A DNA stretch of 64,000 nucleotides from Macrostomum hystrix (Eukaryota; Animalia; Platyhelminthes). The stretch spans positions 11,408,001 to 11,472,000 of the forward strand of contig CATNEN010000038.1 of NCBI GenBank assembly GCA_950097015.1, given 5' to 3'. Positions 11,559 to 24,892 of the stretch are shown one piece after another. The notes under the pieces are model-generated. The model saw only the letters and a program-made list of their open reading frames with translations. It was not told the origin of the DNA and made no database searches. The translations under genes were made by a program, and so were the position numbers. Position 1 is the stretch's first letter. Every line of letters starts with the position of its first letter.

Positions 11559-14500
11559 CTAAGAAGCACCAGGGCAGTACAGGCTGTGCCAGGCCTTGAA
11601 CACGCACTGCTCAACTACGTCGTGCACCCTGGCGACCAGGCCGCGGTTGCAAAGCAACTGTTCCGGACTGCTGGACTCCGAGCTGGTTCTGCCGCCGCCG
11701 GAGGCAGCTGTCAGGTTGTCTCGGCGCAGCACCGCCAGCAGGCTCAGGTGGGAAGTTTGCAGCGTGCGTCGAACTAGAAGAAATTCCTGGCGATGGCGGG
11801 GAGATCGACGATGGGCGCGAACTTCAACGTCGAGTTCGTCGTCCTAAAAAAAAATTTTTGTGACTTGATATGTATCGAAAATTTGAAAAGCTAGCTTTCC
11901 AAGGCATCAAGGGGCGTCCGATATGTATCGAAAATGATAAAAAGCAAAGTTTACTTTAGCTAGACAATCGATATGCATTTTTTACAGAAACACGATATGT
12001 GTAGAAAAAACCATAATTAACCTGGCTTTTTTGACAGACCCGATTGGCTTGAAGATTATAAAAATCCAAGTTTACCCGGTGACATTCGGAGGTGCCCGAC
12101 ATGTACATGTATAGAAAAAGAAACGCTAAGATCTCCTCAAAAATTTTGTGTGCAGCCGATATGTACCGAAAATTACGAACACAGTCTAGCTTACAAGGCG
12201 ATATTTAAGACACCCGATATGTATCGAAAGATAGAAGTTTCGGCAGACAGTTAACTGCTGTAAGGCGCGCCCATTTTCTGCTGAAAAAGTAGACACAGTA
12301 GCGCTAAAAATAGTCAACAACAAACCTCTGATATCGTCGCAACATCAGCGCCACCCCCGCGGCCATTCCTGCTGGCGTCTTCGACATCGTCGTCTACCGG
12401 ACTCGTGTCGCTGCTGGCGAAGGCCACGTCCGGTATGCGGATGGCCAAGTACTGGTAGGCACAGGCTGGACTAGCTGAGGCGAACAGGGCAGAGCCGGGC
12501 CTGTACCGCTCGCACAGCCTGTCGAACACGTAATCGGCAAAGTTTTGGCGCATATTTAAAATGCGATTAATCCTAGAATCGAGATCGTCTGCCGGGATTT
12601 GCACGGCGGCTGTGTTTAGCAGCTCCTCGAATTCGGAGAAGTCCAACTGCTGCTGCAGCTGGACAGCGGGCAGGTCGCCACCAATGCTGCCGAGAAGCCG
12701 ACTCCAAAGGAGGTCTCGATGACAGTCGGCAGCGGCGGCCTGTACAGTTCGGGCCAGCTGGCCGGTGACCCGGTTCAGCGCCAGCCGGAGCGATTCAAGG
12801 AGGCGCTGCTGATGATCGGCCGAGTAGCCGAGGACGTCGGTGGCTGGCTCCGGCTGGTGGCTGAGCTGCTGATGCTCCGGCAGTGACTCCTGCGAGGTTA
12901 GTCGTCGGGATATGGCTGGACGAGTATGGACGAGGGGAGCTCACACGACCCTGTGGTGGAGATTACTGATGACTAACAATGACTGAGATCGGGGGAGGTC
13001 AAGTGACCCCCTGCCTGACGCTCAAAGCTAGCATTCGAGGTCACAGACACCTGGAGATAGGTTAGGGGGGTCACTTGATTCTCAGGATCGTCAAGGCTAT
13101 CTGGAGATCGGCTAGGGAGGTCACTTGACCCTCGAGTGGCCAACACTATTTGGAGATAGGCTAGGGAGGTCAATTGACCCCCCAGGATGGTCAAAGCTAT
13201 TTGGAGATAGGTTAGGGGGGGTCACTTGACCCTCAGGATCGTCAAGGCTATCTGGAGATCGGCTAGGGAGGTCAATTGACCCTCAGGATCGTCAAAGCTA
13301 TTTGGAGATATGTTAGGGAGGTCACAGTTGTTAAAATGCGCTGTCCATTGAATAAAATTCACTAACAATTATTTTTATAACGAAACAAAAAATACAATTC
13401 TTCAAACGAGGTCTGTTAAAAAAAAACTCGTAAAAGCGGAAAAAACAGGAAACAGAAACAGTCTGTTAGAAGATTGGATTGTTACCGAATGAGGCGACGA
13501 GGGACTGAAGGTGAACAGTGAGCAGTAGCCTGGCACCTAGATGCGAATATTACACACAAGAGGGTTTGCGAAATCCGTCTCCACTTATAGTATTTGTATA
13601 ACGTCCGATAATGAGTAATAATGGTAGGTTTATGGCAGGAGTAGCTAAGACTTCAGAATGAATTAAAAATCACTCGTCATCTAATTAGATGTAAAAAGTT
13701 TGTTAGGTAAACGGCAGGAGTAACTATACCCTTATAAAAAATATAAAATCACTCGTCATATAATAAGATGTAAAATAGTTGGGTAAATAGCGTGAGTAAC
13801 TATACACTACTATCAGACACGAAATGCCTCGCCATTTATTAAACTTACCAGCTGGTGTGGTGGCAGAATTCTGCCTGTACGAATGTGCCTCGGCTCCAGG
13901 GCCACCGAGAGACTGCTGGCTCGAACTCGACCGCCGCCGCCTCCAAGCGCCGGCCTTGGCAGCCTCTGAATTGGAAAACACGCATCAGGATCCAGCAGAA
14001 TGATGAAGACGCTGAACTTGACGCTGTCAGGCTGTCGCGAGCTGCTAGTCCGCTCCTGGCTGATGACGTACAGCACGTGGTGGCGCTGGCTGATTTCGGC
14101 GCTGTGATGCACCAGGCAGTACTCGGAGCTGCCGCCGGGCGAGTCGGTTTGAGTACGCATGACCCGCACTGGGTAGCGCTGCTGATTGGCCTGGGACATT
14201 GTTGTGGGCAAGCACTTTTGGCGTTAGTTTGAGCAGCCTTTGAGCAGAGCAGCTAGTTATGCTCTGATGCTCTGAAGGGCTAGAGAAGCGACCTGAAGGA
14301 TCTGGGCAAGCAGCCTGAAGGATCTGGCAAGCAGCCTGAAGGATCTGAGAAGCGACCTGAAGGATCGGGGAAAACGACCTGAAGGATCGGGGAAAACGAC
14401 CTGAATGATCTGAGAAGCGACCTGGAGGATGGGGCAAATGACCTGAAGGATCTCAGAAGCGACCTGAAGGATCTGGGCAAGCAGCCTGAAGGATCTGGCA

Positions 14501-16451
14501 AGCAGCCTGAAGGATCTGAGAAGCGACCTGAAGGATCTGATAAGCGACCTGAAGGATGGGGGAAACGACCTGAAGGATCTGATAAGCGACCTGAAGGATG
14601 GGGCAAACGACCTGAAGGATGGGGCAAACGACCTGAAGGAACTGATAAGCGACCTGAAGGATGGGGCAAACGACCTGAAGGATCTGAGAAGCGACCTAAA
14701 GGATCTGAGAAGCGGCCTTAAGGATCTAAGATGCGGCCTGAAGGATCTGAGAAGCGGCCTTAAGGGTCTAAGATGCGGCCTGAAGGATCTGAGAAGCGGC
14801 CTGAAGGATCTGGCAAGCGACCTGAAGGATCTAAGATGCGGCCTGAAGGATCTGGTAAGCGACCTGAAGGATCTGAGAAGCGACCTGAAGGATCTGGCAA
14901 GCGACCTGAAGGATGTGGCAAGCGATCGCTCAGGTCGACCTGAAACTATGAGAAGCAGCCTGAAGGATCTCAGAAGCGACCTAAATAAAATTCTATCTGT
15001 CTAAAAGACAGATAGCGCACTTCGCAGAATCATCGATTCTCACCTGCATATACTTGAAGATCTTTTCTCGTCCAATATTGCGACTAGTTGCGCTAAAATG
15101 AGTCACATAGGCGTAGTGATTGGCGTACAACGGCGGCTGCTGAATATCCCGCGTGAATGCGTGCAGGAAGGCCACCACATCGTAGCCTCCTCGCAACTGT
15201 TTCAGCGGAGTGGGGCGACGGTCCTGAATGTAGTCGCACAGCATCCTCAGGTGATAGTCGTGACAGAAGGAGTGCACGTGGGTGTAATCTCGCATTAGAT
15301 CAACGCATTCGACTATCTGACGGCTGGCCGGCTTCACCAGGTGGAACGGCCCACCGGCGGGCATAACCAGGCGGCTGCCCTCCAGCACGGAGAGGCGCAC
15401 GTGCAGGAAGTCCTCGCGGCAGAACACTTCGACAACGATGATGTCGTTGCGATTCTCGATTACCTTGACTAGGAGCCTGCGGAATCAGGGAAGGTGTTGC
15501 AGAGGCTAGTGGCTGGGGTGTTACAGAGGCTAGTGGCTAGGGTGTTACAGAGGCTAGTGGCTGGGGTGTTACAGAGGCTAGTGGCTGGGGTGTTACAGAG
15601 GCTAGTGGCTGGGGTGTTACAGAGGCTAGTGGCTGGGGTGTTACAGAGGCTAGTGGCTGGGGTGTTACAGAGGCTAGTGGCTGGGGTGTTACAGAGGCTA
15701 GTGGCTGGGGTGTTACAGAGGCTAGTGGCTGGGGTGTTACAGAGGCTAGTGGCTGGGGTGTTACAGAGGCTAGTGGCTGGGGTGTTACAGAGGCTAGTGG
15801 CTGGGGTGTTACAGAGGCTAGTGGCTGGGGTGTTACAGAGGCTAGTGGCTAGGGTGTTACAGAGGCTAGTGGCCGGGGTGTTACAGAGGCTAGTGGCTGG
15901 GGTGTTACAGAGGCTAGTGGCTGGGGTGTTACAGAGGCTAGTGGCTGGGGTGTTACAGAGCCAGGAGGCAAGGGTGTTACAGTGGCTAGTGGCTGGGGTG
16001 TTACAGAGCCATGAGGCAAGGGTGTTACAGAGCCAGGAGGCAAGGGTGTTACAGTGGCTAGTGGCTGGGGTGTTACAGAGCCATGAGGCAAGGGTGTTAC
16101 AGTGCCATGAGGCAAGGGTGTTACAGTGCCATGAGGCAAGGGTGTTACAGAGCCAGGAGGCAAGGGTGTTACAGAGCCATGAGGCAAGGGTGTTACAGAG
16201 GCCAGAAGCACAGTGGTGTTAGTTACCTGTAGTGCAGTCCCAGGTGCGGTGCAGGCATGTTTGGCAGCAGCTCAGCGCCCGGAGCAGCCGGGGTAAGCAG
16301 GAGCAGCTTATAATTGCCGAACAATTTCTCTTTCCGAGTCAGATAATCTGAGTAGGCTCGAACCATGTCTGCTTTCAAGTTGGCGTACCAGGCGCCGCTG
16401 CCGCGAAGCATGACCGAAGGATCCGTTGCCGTGGAATCCTTCGATTGCTGA

Positions 16452-16495
<44 letters not shown>

Positions 16496-19400
16496 ATTAG
16501 CAGCGCTGACAGCGGCGAACGAGGCAACGGACGATTCGTGCCGGGTTTTAGCCGCCACAGCAGCAGCAGCCGACGATGCCGACGAAGTGAAAGCGGCGTT
16601 GCCAAACAGACCGGCCGTCAGAGGATTGTTAGTGCTGGATTTGCGTCTCAATTTACCTGCACAATTCACGGCCAGGGGAACAAATTATTTTTGCTAAATA
16701 TAGACCATTTAGTTTCTTTTAGAACTCAAACTCAATTAGAAATTGTCGTACTCGTAGGTCCACCGACGTTTCCTGTAGGAGCTGATGCTTCTCGCTGCAG
16801 TTGGTGGGGCTGCTGCTGCTGTTGCTGCTGCCCCAGGCCAATTCGAGACTGCCTAGGCCGGCCAGATCTGCTCAAATCGAACCGAATCGGCGCCGCCACA
16901 GAGTGGACCGGGCGCAGGCCGGCTTTGAGTACGGCCATAAGCTCGTGCGGACTGAGGCCGCTGGCAGCCAGCTGGGCGCTGCCGAACAGGTCGATGGTCG
17001 GCGACGAACCGCAGGCGTCACTCTGCAGGGCGCTCAGCTTGCGCCAATGCCGCATTCGAGCCTGGAATGTTTGTAGGTGTGCATGATGATCGGTGACAGG
17101 TGTACATTAAAGTGATTGACAGGTGTAAATTAGAGTGATTGACAGGTGTACATTAAAGTGATTGACAGGTGTACATTAGAGTGATTGACAGGTGTACATT
17201 GGAGTGATAGGCAGGTGTACATTGGAGTGATTAGCAGCTGTAAATTGGAGTGTTTGACAGGTGTACATCAGCCTACCTCGTGCATCTGACCGAGCCGCAG
17301 CAGCTGCAGAAAGTGCCAATAAAGGTCATCGCACACTCCGCCACAATAATCTGACGCCGTAGCCTCGGCGATGCCGCGGCGCAGCTGGGCGAGGGCGGCC
17401 CCGCGCTGGCCGGTGCGGCAGACGGCGAACGGGTCGCGACCGGAACCGGCTGCGGCAGACGATCCGGAGCTGTCCCCGGCAGTGGATCCGGTTCCTGGCA
17501 CGGCACGAATCGAGTGCTGCTGCAGCATCTGCTGCTGCTGCTGCTGCTGCTGCTGATAGAGTTGCATTCGCTGTTGCTGCTGCTGGCGCAATAGCAGAGC
17601 CGCTGACGAGTGCGGGCCTCCGCTGCCCCGACTGCGTATTGACGAAGGCGCTCCAACCGCCGAGGTTGATGGGGTTGAGCCACCGACACCGGGGGGGCCC
17701 GTAGCGGCGGCGGAGACTTGGCTACCAGGCGCAGACGGATGCAGGTAGCTGGTTGAGCTGCCGCGCATCGGCTCCGTGACCAGGTAGCCGAGGCCCAGCT
17801 TCGGGCAGACAACGTGAGACTTGAAGGCGAGAAAGCTGGAAGGCAAAGTTAGTGAATAAATGAGGGGATCAGGGCAGTGGGGTAGAATTGGGGGGAGAAA
17901 GGCGATGGGGTAGAATTGGGGAAAGGCGGTGGGGTAGAATTGGGTGAGACGGTGGGGTAGAATTGGGGCGGAGAAAGGCGGTAGGGTAGAATTGGGCCGG
18001 AGAAAGGCGGTTGGTTAGAATTGGGGGGAGAATGGCGGTAGGGTAGAATTGGGCGGAGAAAGGCGGTGGGGTAGAATTGGGGTGTAGAAAGACGGTGGGG
18101 TAGAATTGGGGGAGAAAGGCTGTGGGCTAGAATCGGGGGAGAATGACGGTGGGGTAGAATTGGGGGAGAAAGGCTGTGGGGTAGAATCGGGGGGAGAAAG
18201 GCGGTGGGGGGAGAAATGTGGGGGGGGAGAAAAACATCGGGGTAATAATGAGATAATGATGAGTTCTCTGCCACACCGCAGGTTAATGTAGGAGAAGCAG
18301 TCCCTGAGCCGATCATTGATGCTATCCAGCAGCTGCTTATTGAGATTGTAGGAATAAAATGTGACATCCTTGCCGCTGATGCAGATCATGACAAACAGCT
18401 GCCTGTGCACTGTGTGAAAAGCGGAGTCACAGACCAGCTGCTGCTGCTGCTGCTGCTCCTCTTTAACGGCCGTGGGAGCCGATGCTCGGGTGTTCAATGA
18501 CGACATCTCGGAGTCGGTGGATACAGGGGTGTCAATAACTGCGCCGCCGCCCGCGTCGACAATGCCAGCCAGGTGCGGGCAAGCCGCCGCGGCCCTGGTC
18601 GAAGCCGAGGCAGCTGAAGAGTCGGCCGAGCTCGGACTGGGGGTCGCACAGAAGTTGGGGTAGCCCAGCGATGTCAGGCTGTAGCTGGCCAGCTTGATCT
18701 GCGGCGCGGAGCTTCCGCCGACGACGCTGGTGCCGACGCCAGCACCACCGACGCTGCCGACGCTGGACTCGGAGGCGGCATCGGCGCCGGCGGCAGTTGT
18801 AGAACTCGAAGCGTCATCCGCGTTGTTGGAAGCATTGGAATAGCCGAGCCGCAGAGCGTCGTGCCAGAGGCTGCGGCTACGGCAGAGGACCATGAAGTGC
18901 CGCTTCCTGCCCGGTAGGCGGCGACTGTCGGCAGTTGAGGCGTCGAAGGAGTGCGGAGTCCAGGCCGCCTGCCCGGGGTCCAGTCCTTGCGAGGCCTCGT
19001 AAACGGCGTAGGTGAGATTGGGCAGGCAGCCGGACAGGTCGTGCTTGAGAAAATAGTCGATGCTCTTGGCCGAGTAGAGCTTGATGCTGCGCTGCTGGCA
19101 TGGCTGGTGATCGCTCGACTTCTTGGAGAATCGGGCGAACCAGGGCCTGCAGAGAGTTGGCGCACATGGATGCAAATGAACAGGTGGGATAAAACAGGTG
19201 CGACTAATGATCGACCAAAGGGGGTCGGTGACAGAGCGTTCGCCTCTCGCACTAAAGTCCCTAGGCTCGATTCCGCGGCGAGGCCATCATTAAATTGTCG
19301 TGCTATTTGCGCCTTTGAGGGCCAATCTCCAAGGCACAGTGAAATGTACACTGCCTGAAGATGAGAAAGTCAGGGCAGATGTACACACCTGTGTGAGTGT

Positions 19401-22400
19401 GTGCCTGCGTACAGTATCTGTGTGCGTGTGTGCTCAGGAGTCAGCGAAATGTGTGCTCAAGAATTGCCTCCTCGCTGGCTGCGGGTCTAGTGTCACCGAA
19501 TGATGTGCCATTGCCCGCAGCCCTCCTGCTGTTATTATTATAACAATGATTCACAAAGTCGGCTCACCTCAGCAGCCGATAGTAGAACGGGTTCATGCTG
19601 CCAGAGTCGCCAAATTCGAACTCTTTGATCAGGGAGGCGGCTGACGGCGCAACCGGCGGAGGCGCGGAGGCGCTAGCGGCGGACGCTGCGTTGGCCATTT
19701 GCGCCTGGCTGCCGCCAACCTTGATGGCTCGAGCCAGCAGGTTAAAGCTGGATGAAGTCGACTGTCCACCGGACGCTTGAAGCTGCTGCTGCTGCTGCTG
19801 GGACCGGCCGGCGCTGACTGCCAGCCGACGAGATCCGCCAGGAGATAATAGCGGCGAGTCGCGCTCGCTTGGCGTAGCCGCCGCCGTGTCGCAGACGTCC
19901 GGGCCGCCGGCAGCCGCCAGCCGGCCTGTAGCGGGACAGGAGGCGGCGGCGGCGGCGATGGCAGCGGCGGCCTCGCGCCGGGTCTCCAGCGGCACCTCGG
20001 AGAATGGCAGGGTGAGCAGCCGGTGCTCCATTGTCAGGTCTTCAAGGGCGTGACGAACATAGGTGCTGACCCGCTCGATGAGACCTTCGGCTGTTACTCC
20101 GCCTCGCTTCCAAACCTGAAAGAGAATGCAGCCCCGAACTTGGTAATTAAGCGCTTAATTGCCCCCTAATCACAGAATCACCTAATTTCACACCCATAAG
20201 TCAACCAAATTACATCTAATTATTCTACCCTAATTACCTCCAATAACTCCACCTGACTACCTCCACTAAGTTCACCTAATTACACATAACTAGTCCTCCA
20301 ATTATCATTAATTTTTCGACCTAATTGTCTCTAATAACTCCACCTGATTACCTCTAATTAGTCTACCAAATTACCTCTAATTAGTCTACCAAATTACCTC
20401 TAATTAGTCTACCAAATTACATCTAATTAGTCTACATAATTACATATAATAACTCCACCTGATTACCACTAATAAGTCCACATAATTACCTCTAATTAGT
20501 CAACCTAATAATCTCTAATTAGTCCAATAACTACCAATAATTAATCCATCGAATTACCTCTAAATGGTCTACCTAATGGCCTCTAATTAGACGAATTAAT
20601 TACTACTAATTGGTTCACCCAATCGCTTTTAATTGGCCAACATAACTACCCCAGTTTATTACCCCTAATTAACCCTAGGTAAGTCGCCTAACCACTAATT
20701 AACTGGCCAAATAAATCACGGCATGGCAACCAATCCGAAAACAGCAAGCGTACAACTCACCTTAAACTCCAGAGTCGGATACAGCGGAGGCGGTGGGGCC
20801 GCTTTGCCGCTGTGAACAGCCGGACTGGAGCGGGAGCTGCCATCACCGCCAGTAGCGCCTTCGGTTTCTATGGCAACCCAGCTGTCGAAATCGGCCGGAC
20901 TGGCGTCACTCTCGAATGCAATCTGGGGCCGGACTAGTAGCGAGCTGAGCGTCGGCCGCATCGGATGGTTGCCTAGCAACAGGCGACAAGTGATACAGGC
21001 GATGCCGTCAAAGCGCTGGCCCTGCGACAGGCCCATATTCCACAGGTAGATTTCGCCGGTGTCGCTAAAATCGCTGCCGCCCCAATAGCAGCGGAATCGA
21101 CTGTCGGCGTCGCGATATTTTGGCGCAATGAAAGCCAAGTTGAAGTTTTGCTTCAGAAAGACTAGAAATGGCAATGTGTACTCTTTCACAAGGCTGGGCA
21201 GCCTGAGCCGGAAGGACTCGACTGCCGCGTCTGTCGGATGCTGGATGAAGTTAATATCCTCGGCCGTGAGCTGCAATTGGCGAAATGTCATTCTCCTGCC
21301 ATTAGCACAACCAACAGCAGCTCGATATGTAGCCTAATGATTAGCTCGATATGTAGCCTAATGATTAGCTCGATATGTAGCCTAATGATTAGCTCGATAT
21401 GTAGCCTAATGATTAGCTCGATATGTTGCTTAATGATTAGCTCGATATGTAGCCTAATGATTAGCTCCATATGTTGCCTAATGATTAGCTCGATATGTAG
21501 CCTAATCATTAGCTCAATATGTAGCCTAATGGTTAGCTCCATATGTAGCCTAATGATTAGCTCGATATGTAGCTTAATGATTAGCTCCATATGTTGCCTA
21601 ATGATTAGCTCGATATGTAGCCTAATGATTAGCTCGATATGTAGCCTAATGATTAGCTCGATATGTAACCTAATGATTAGCTCGATATGTAGCCTAATGA
21701 TTAGCTCGATATGTAGCCTAATGATTAGCTCGATATGTAGCCTAATGATTAGCTCGATATGTAGCCTAATGATTAGCTCGATATGTAGCCTAATGATTAG
21801 CTCGATATGTTGCTTAATGATTAGCTCGATATGTAGCCTAATGATTAGCTCCATATGTTGCCTAATGATTAGCTCGATATGTAGCTTAATGATTAGCTCC
21901 ATATGTTGCCTAATGATTAGCTCGATATGTAGCCTAATCATTAGCTCAATATGTAGCCTAATGGTTAGCTCCATATGTAGCCTAATGATTAGCTCGATAT
22001 GTAGCTTAATGATTAGCTCCATATGTAGCCTAATGATTAGCTCGATATGTAGCCTAATCATTAGCTCAATATGTAGCCTAATGGTTAGCTCCATATGTAG
22101 CCTAATGATTAGCTCGATATGTAGCTTAATGATTAGCTCCATATGTTGCCTAATGATTAGCTCGATATGTAGCCTAATGATTAGCTCGATATGTAACCTA
22201 ATGATTAGCTCGATATGTTGCTTAATGATTAGCTCGATATGTAGCTTAATGATTAGCTCCATATGTAGCCTAATGATTAGCTCGATATGTAGCCTAATCA
22301 TTAGCTCAATATGTAGCCTAATGGTTAGCTCCATATGTAGCCTAATCATTAGCTCAATATGTAGCCTAATGATTAGCTCCATATGTTGCCTAATGATTAG

Positions 22401-24838
22401 CTCGATATGTAGCCTAATGATTAGCTCGATATGTAGCCTAATCATTAGCTCAATATGTAGCCTAATGGTTAGCTCCATATGTAGCCTAATGATTAGCTCG
22501 ATATGTAGCTTAATGATTAGCTCCATATGTTGCCTAATGATTAGCTCAATATGTAGCCTAATGATTAGCTCGATATGTAGCCTAATGATTAGCTCGATAT
22601 GTAGCCTAATGATTAGCTCGATATGTAGCCTAATGATTAGCTCGATATGTAGCCTAATGATTAGCTCGATATGTAGCCTAATGATTAGCTCGATATGTAG
22701 CTTAATGATTAGCTCCATATGTAGCCTAATGATTAGCTCGATATGTAGCCTAATGATTAGCTCGATATGTAGCCTAATGATTAGCTCGATATGTAGCCTA
22801 ATGATTAGCTCGATATGTTGCTTAATGATTAGCTCGATATGTAGCCTAATGATTAGCTCCATATGTTGCCTAATGATTAGCTCGATATGTAGCCTAATCA
22901 TTAGCTCAATATGTAGCCTAATGGTTAGCTCCATATGTAGCCTAATGATTAGCTCGATATGTAGCTTAATGATTAGCTCCATATGTTGCCTAATGATTAG
23001 CTCGATATGTAGCCTAATGATTAGCTCGATATGTAGCCTAATGATTAGCTCGATATGTAACCTAATGATTAGCTCGATATGTTGCTTAATGATTAGCTCG
23101 ATATGTAGCTTAATGATTAGCTCCATATGTAGCCTAATGATTAGCTCGATATGTAGCCTAATCATTAGCTCAATATGTAGCCTAATGGTTAGCTCCATAT
23201 GTAGCCTAATCATTAGCTCAATATGTAGCCTAATGATTAGCTCCATATGTTGCCTAATGATTAGCTCGATATGTAGCCTAATGATTAGCTCGATATGTAG
23301 CCTAATCATTAGCTCAATATGTAGCCTAATGGTTAGCTCCATATGTAGCCTAATGATTAGCTCGATATGTAGCTTAATGATTAGCTCCATATGTTGCCTA
23401 ATGATTAGCTCGATATGTAGCCTAATGATTAGCTCGATATGTAGCCTAATGATTAGCTCGATATGTAACCTAATGATTAGCTCCATATGTTGCCTAATGA
23501 TTAGCTCGATATGTAGCCTAATGATTAGCTCGATATGTAGCCTAATGATTAGCTCGATATGTAGCCTAATGATTAGCTCGATATGTAGCCTAATGATTAG
23601 CTCGATATGTAGCCTAATGATTAGCTCGATATGTTGCTTAATGATTAGCTCGATATGTAGCCTAATGATTAGCTCCATATGTTGCCTAATGATTAGCTCG
23701 ATATGTAGCTTAATGATTAGCTCCATATGTTGCCTAATGATTAGCTCGATATGTAGCCTAATCATTAGCTCAATATGTAGCCTAATGGTTAGCTCCATAT
23801 GTAGCCTAATGATTAGCTCGATATGTAGCTTAATGATTAGCTCCATATGTTGCCTAATGATTAGCTCGATATGTAGCCTAATGATTAGCTCGATATGTAG
23901 CCTAATGATTAGCTCGATATGTAACCTAATGATTAGCTCGATATGTTGCTTAATGATTAGCTCGATATGTAGCTTAATGATTAGCTCCATATGTAGCCTA
24001 ATGATTAGCTCGATATGTAGCCTAATCATTAGCTCAATATGTAGCCTAATGGTTAGCTCCATATGTAGCCTAATCATTAGCTCAATATGTAGCCTAATGA
24101 TTAGCTCCATATGTTGCCTAATGATTAGCTCGATATGTAGCCTAATGATTAGCTCGATATGTAGCCTAATCATTAGCTCAATATGTAGCCTAATGGTTAG
24201 CTCCATATGTAGCCTAATGATTAGCTCGATATGTAGCCTAATGATTAGCTCCATATGTTGCCTAATGATTAGCTCGATATGTAGCCTAATGATTAGCTCG
24301 ATATGTAGCCTAATGATTAGCTCGATATGTAACCTAATGATTAGCTCGATATGTTGCTTAATGATTAGCTCGATATGTAGCCTAATCATTAGCTCAATAT
24401 GTAGCCTAATGATTAGCTCGATATGTAGCCTAATGATTAGCTCGATAGCTCGATTTAGTTTAATCATTAGCTCTATTTCAAACACACTAATAATTACTAA
24501 AATAACGGATAGCTCACCTTAGTATAGGGCGTCCTACTCAGCAGATCGGACAGTTTAATGAGCACAATGCTATCCAACTTCGCCTTCATGCTGCTGATGC
24601 ATTCGTGAACCATTTTAGTGGGCTCACGCAATCCGTAGACGGATACATTCAGGAAGTCGCCAACTGCTGCCCGATGACCAAGATGCTGCTGCTGCTGCTG
24701 TTGTTGGTGATGCAGTAGCAGGGCAGAATGATGTACATCGGCCGGGGACTGTTGCAACAAGGCGGCGGTATTGGCGGCAACTGATGCGCCAACCGCGGCG
24801 GCAGCGGCAGCGGCGCTCAAGTCGACAGTAGATGCTGC

Positions 24839-24892
<54 letters not shown>

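Noticed and set aside
11866-12232. CRISPR array
   Set aside because: Eukaryotic intron, short degenerate repeats, irregular spacing and no cas genes.
19345-19385. Hammerhead or SECIS motif (CTGAAGA..GAAA)
   Set aside because: No stem II between the core halves and no stem III/NUH; the location is intronic; it is just a hairpin.
19460-19522. HDV-like ribozyme (GCCTCCTCGCTGGC matches the HDV P3/L3 sequence)
   Set aside because: No upstream P1 strand or P1.1 GG in the required order; the segment instead pairs with downstream GCCCGCAGCC as a simple hairpin.
21238-24522. 1,094-aa and 1,065-aa ORFs on opposite strands
   Set aside because: Translations of a 24-bp intronic minisatellite; the SZT2 exons splice cleanly around it (TK|LTAEDINFIQ).
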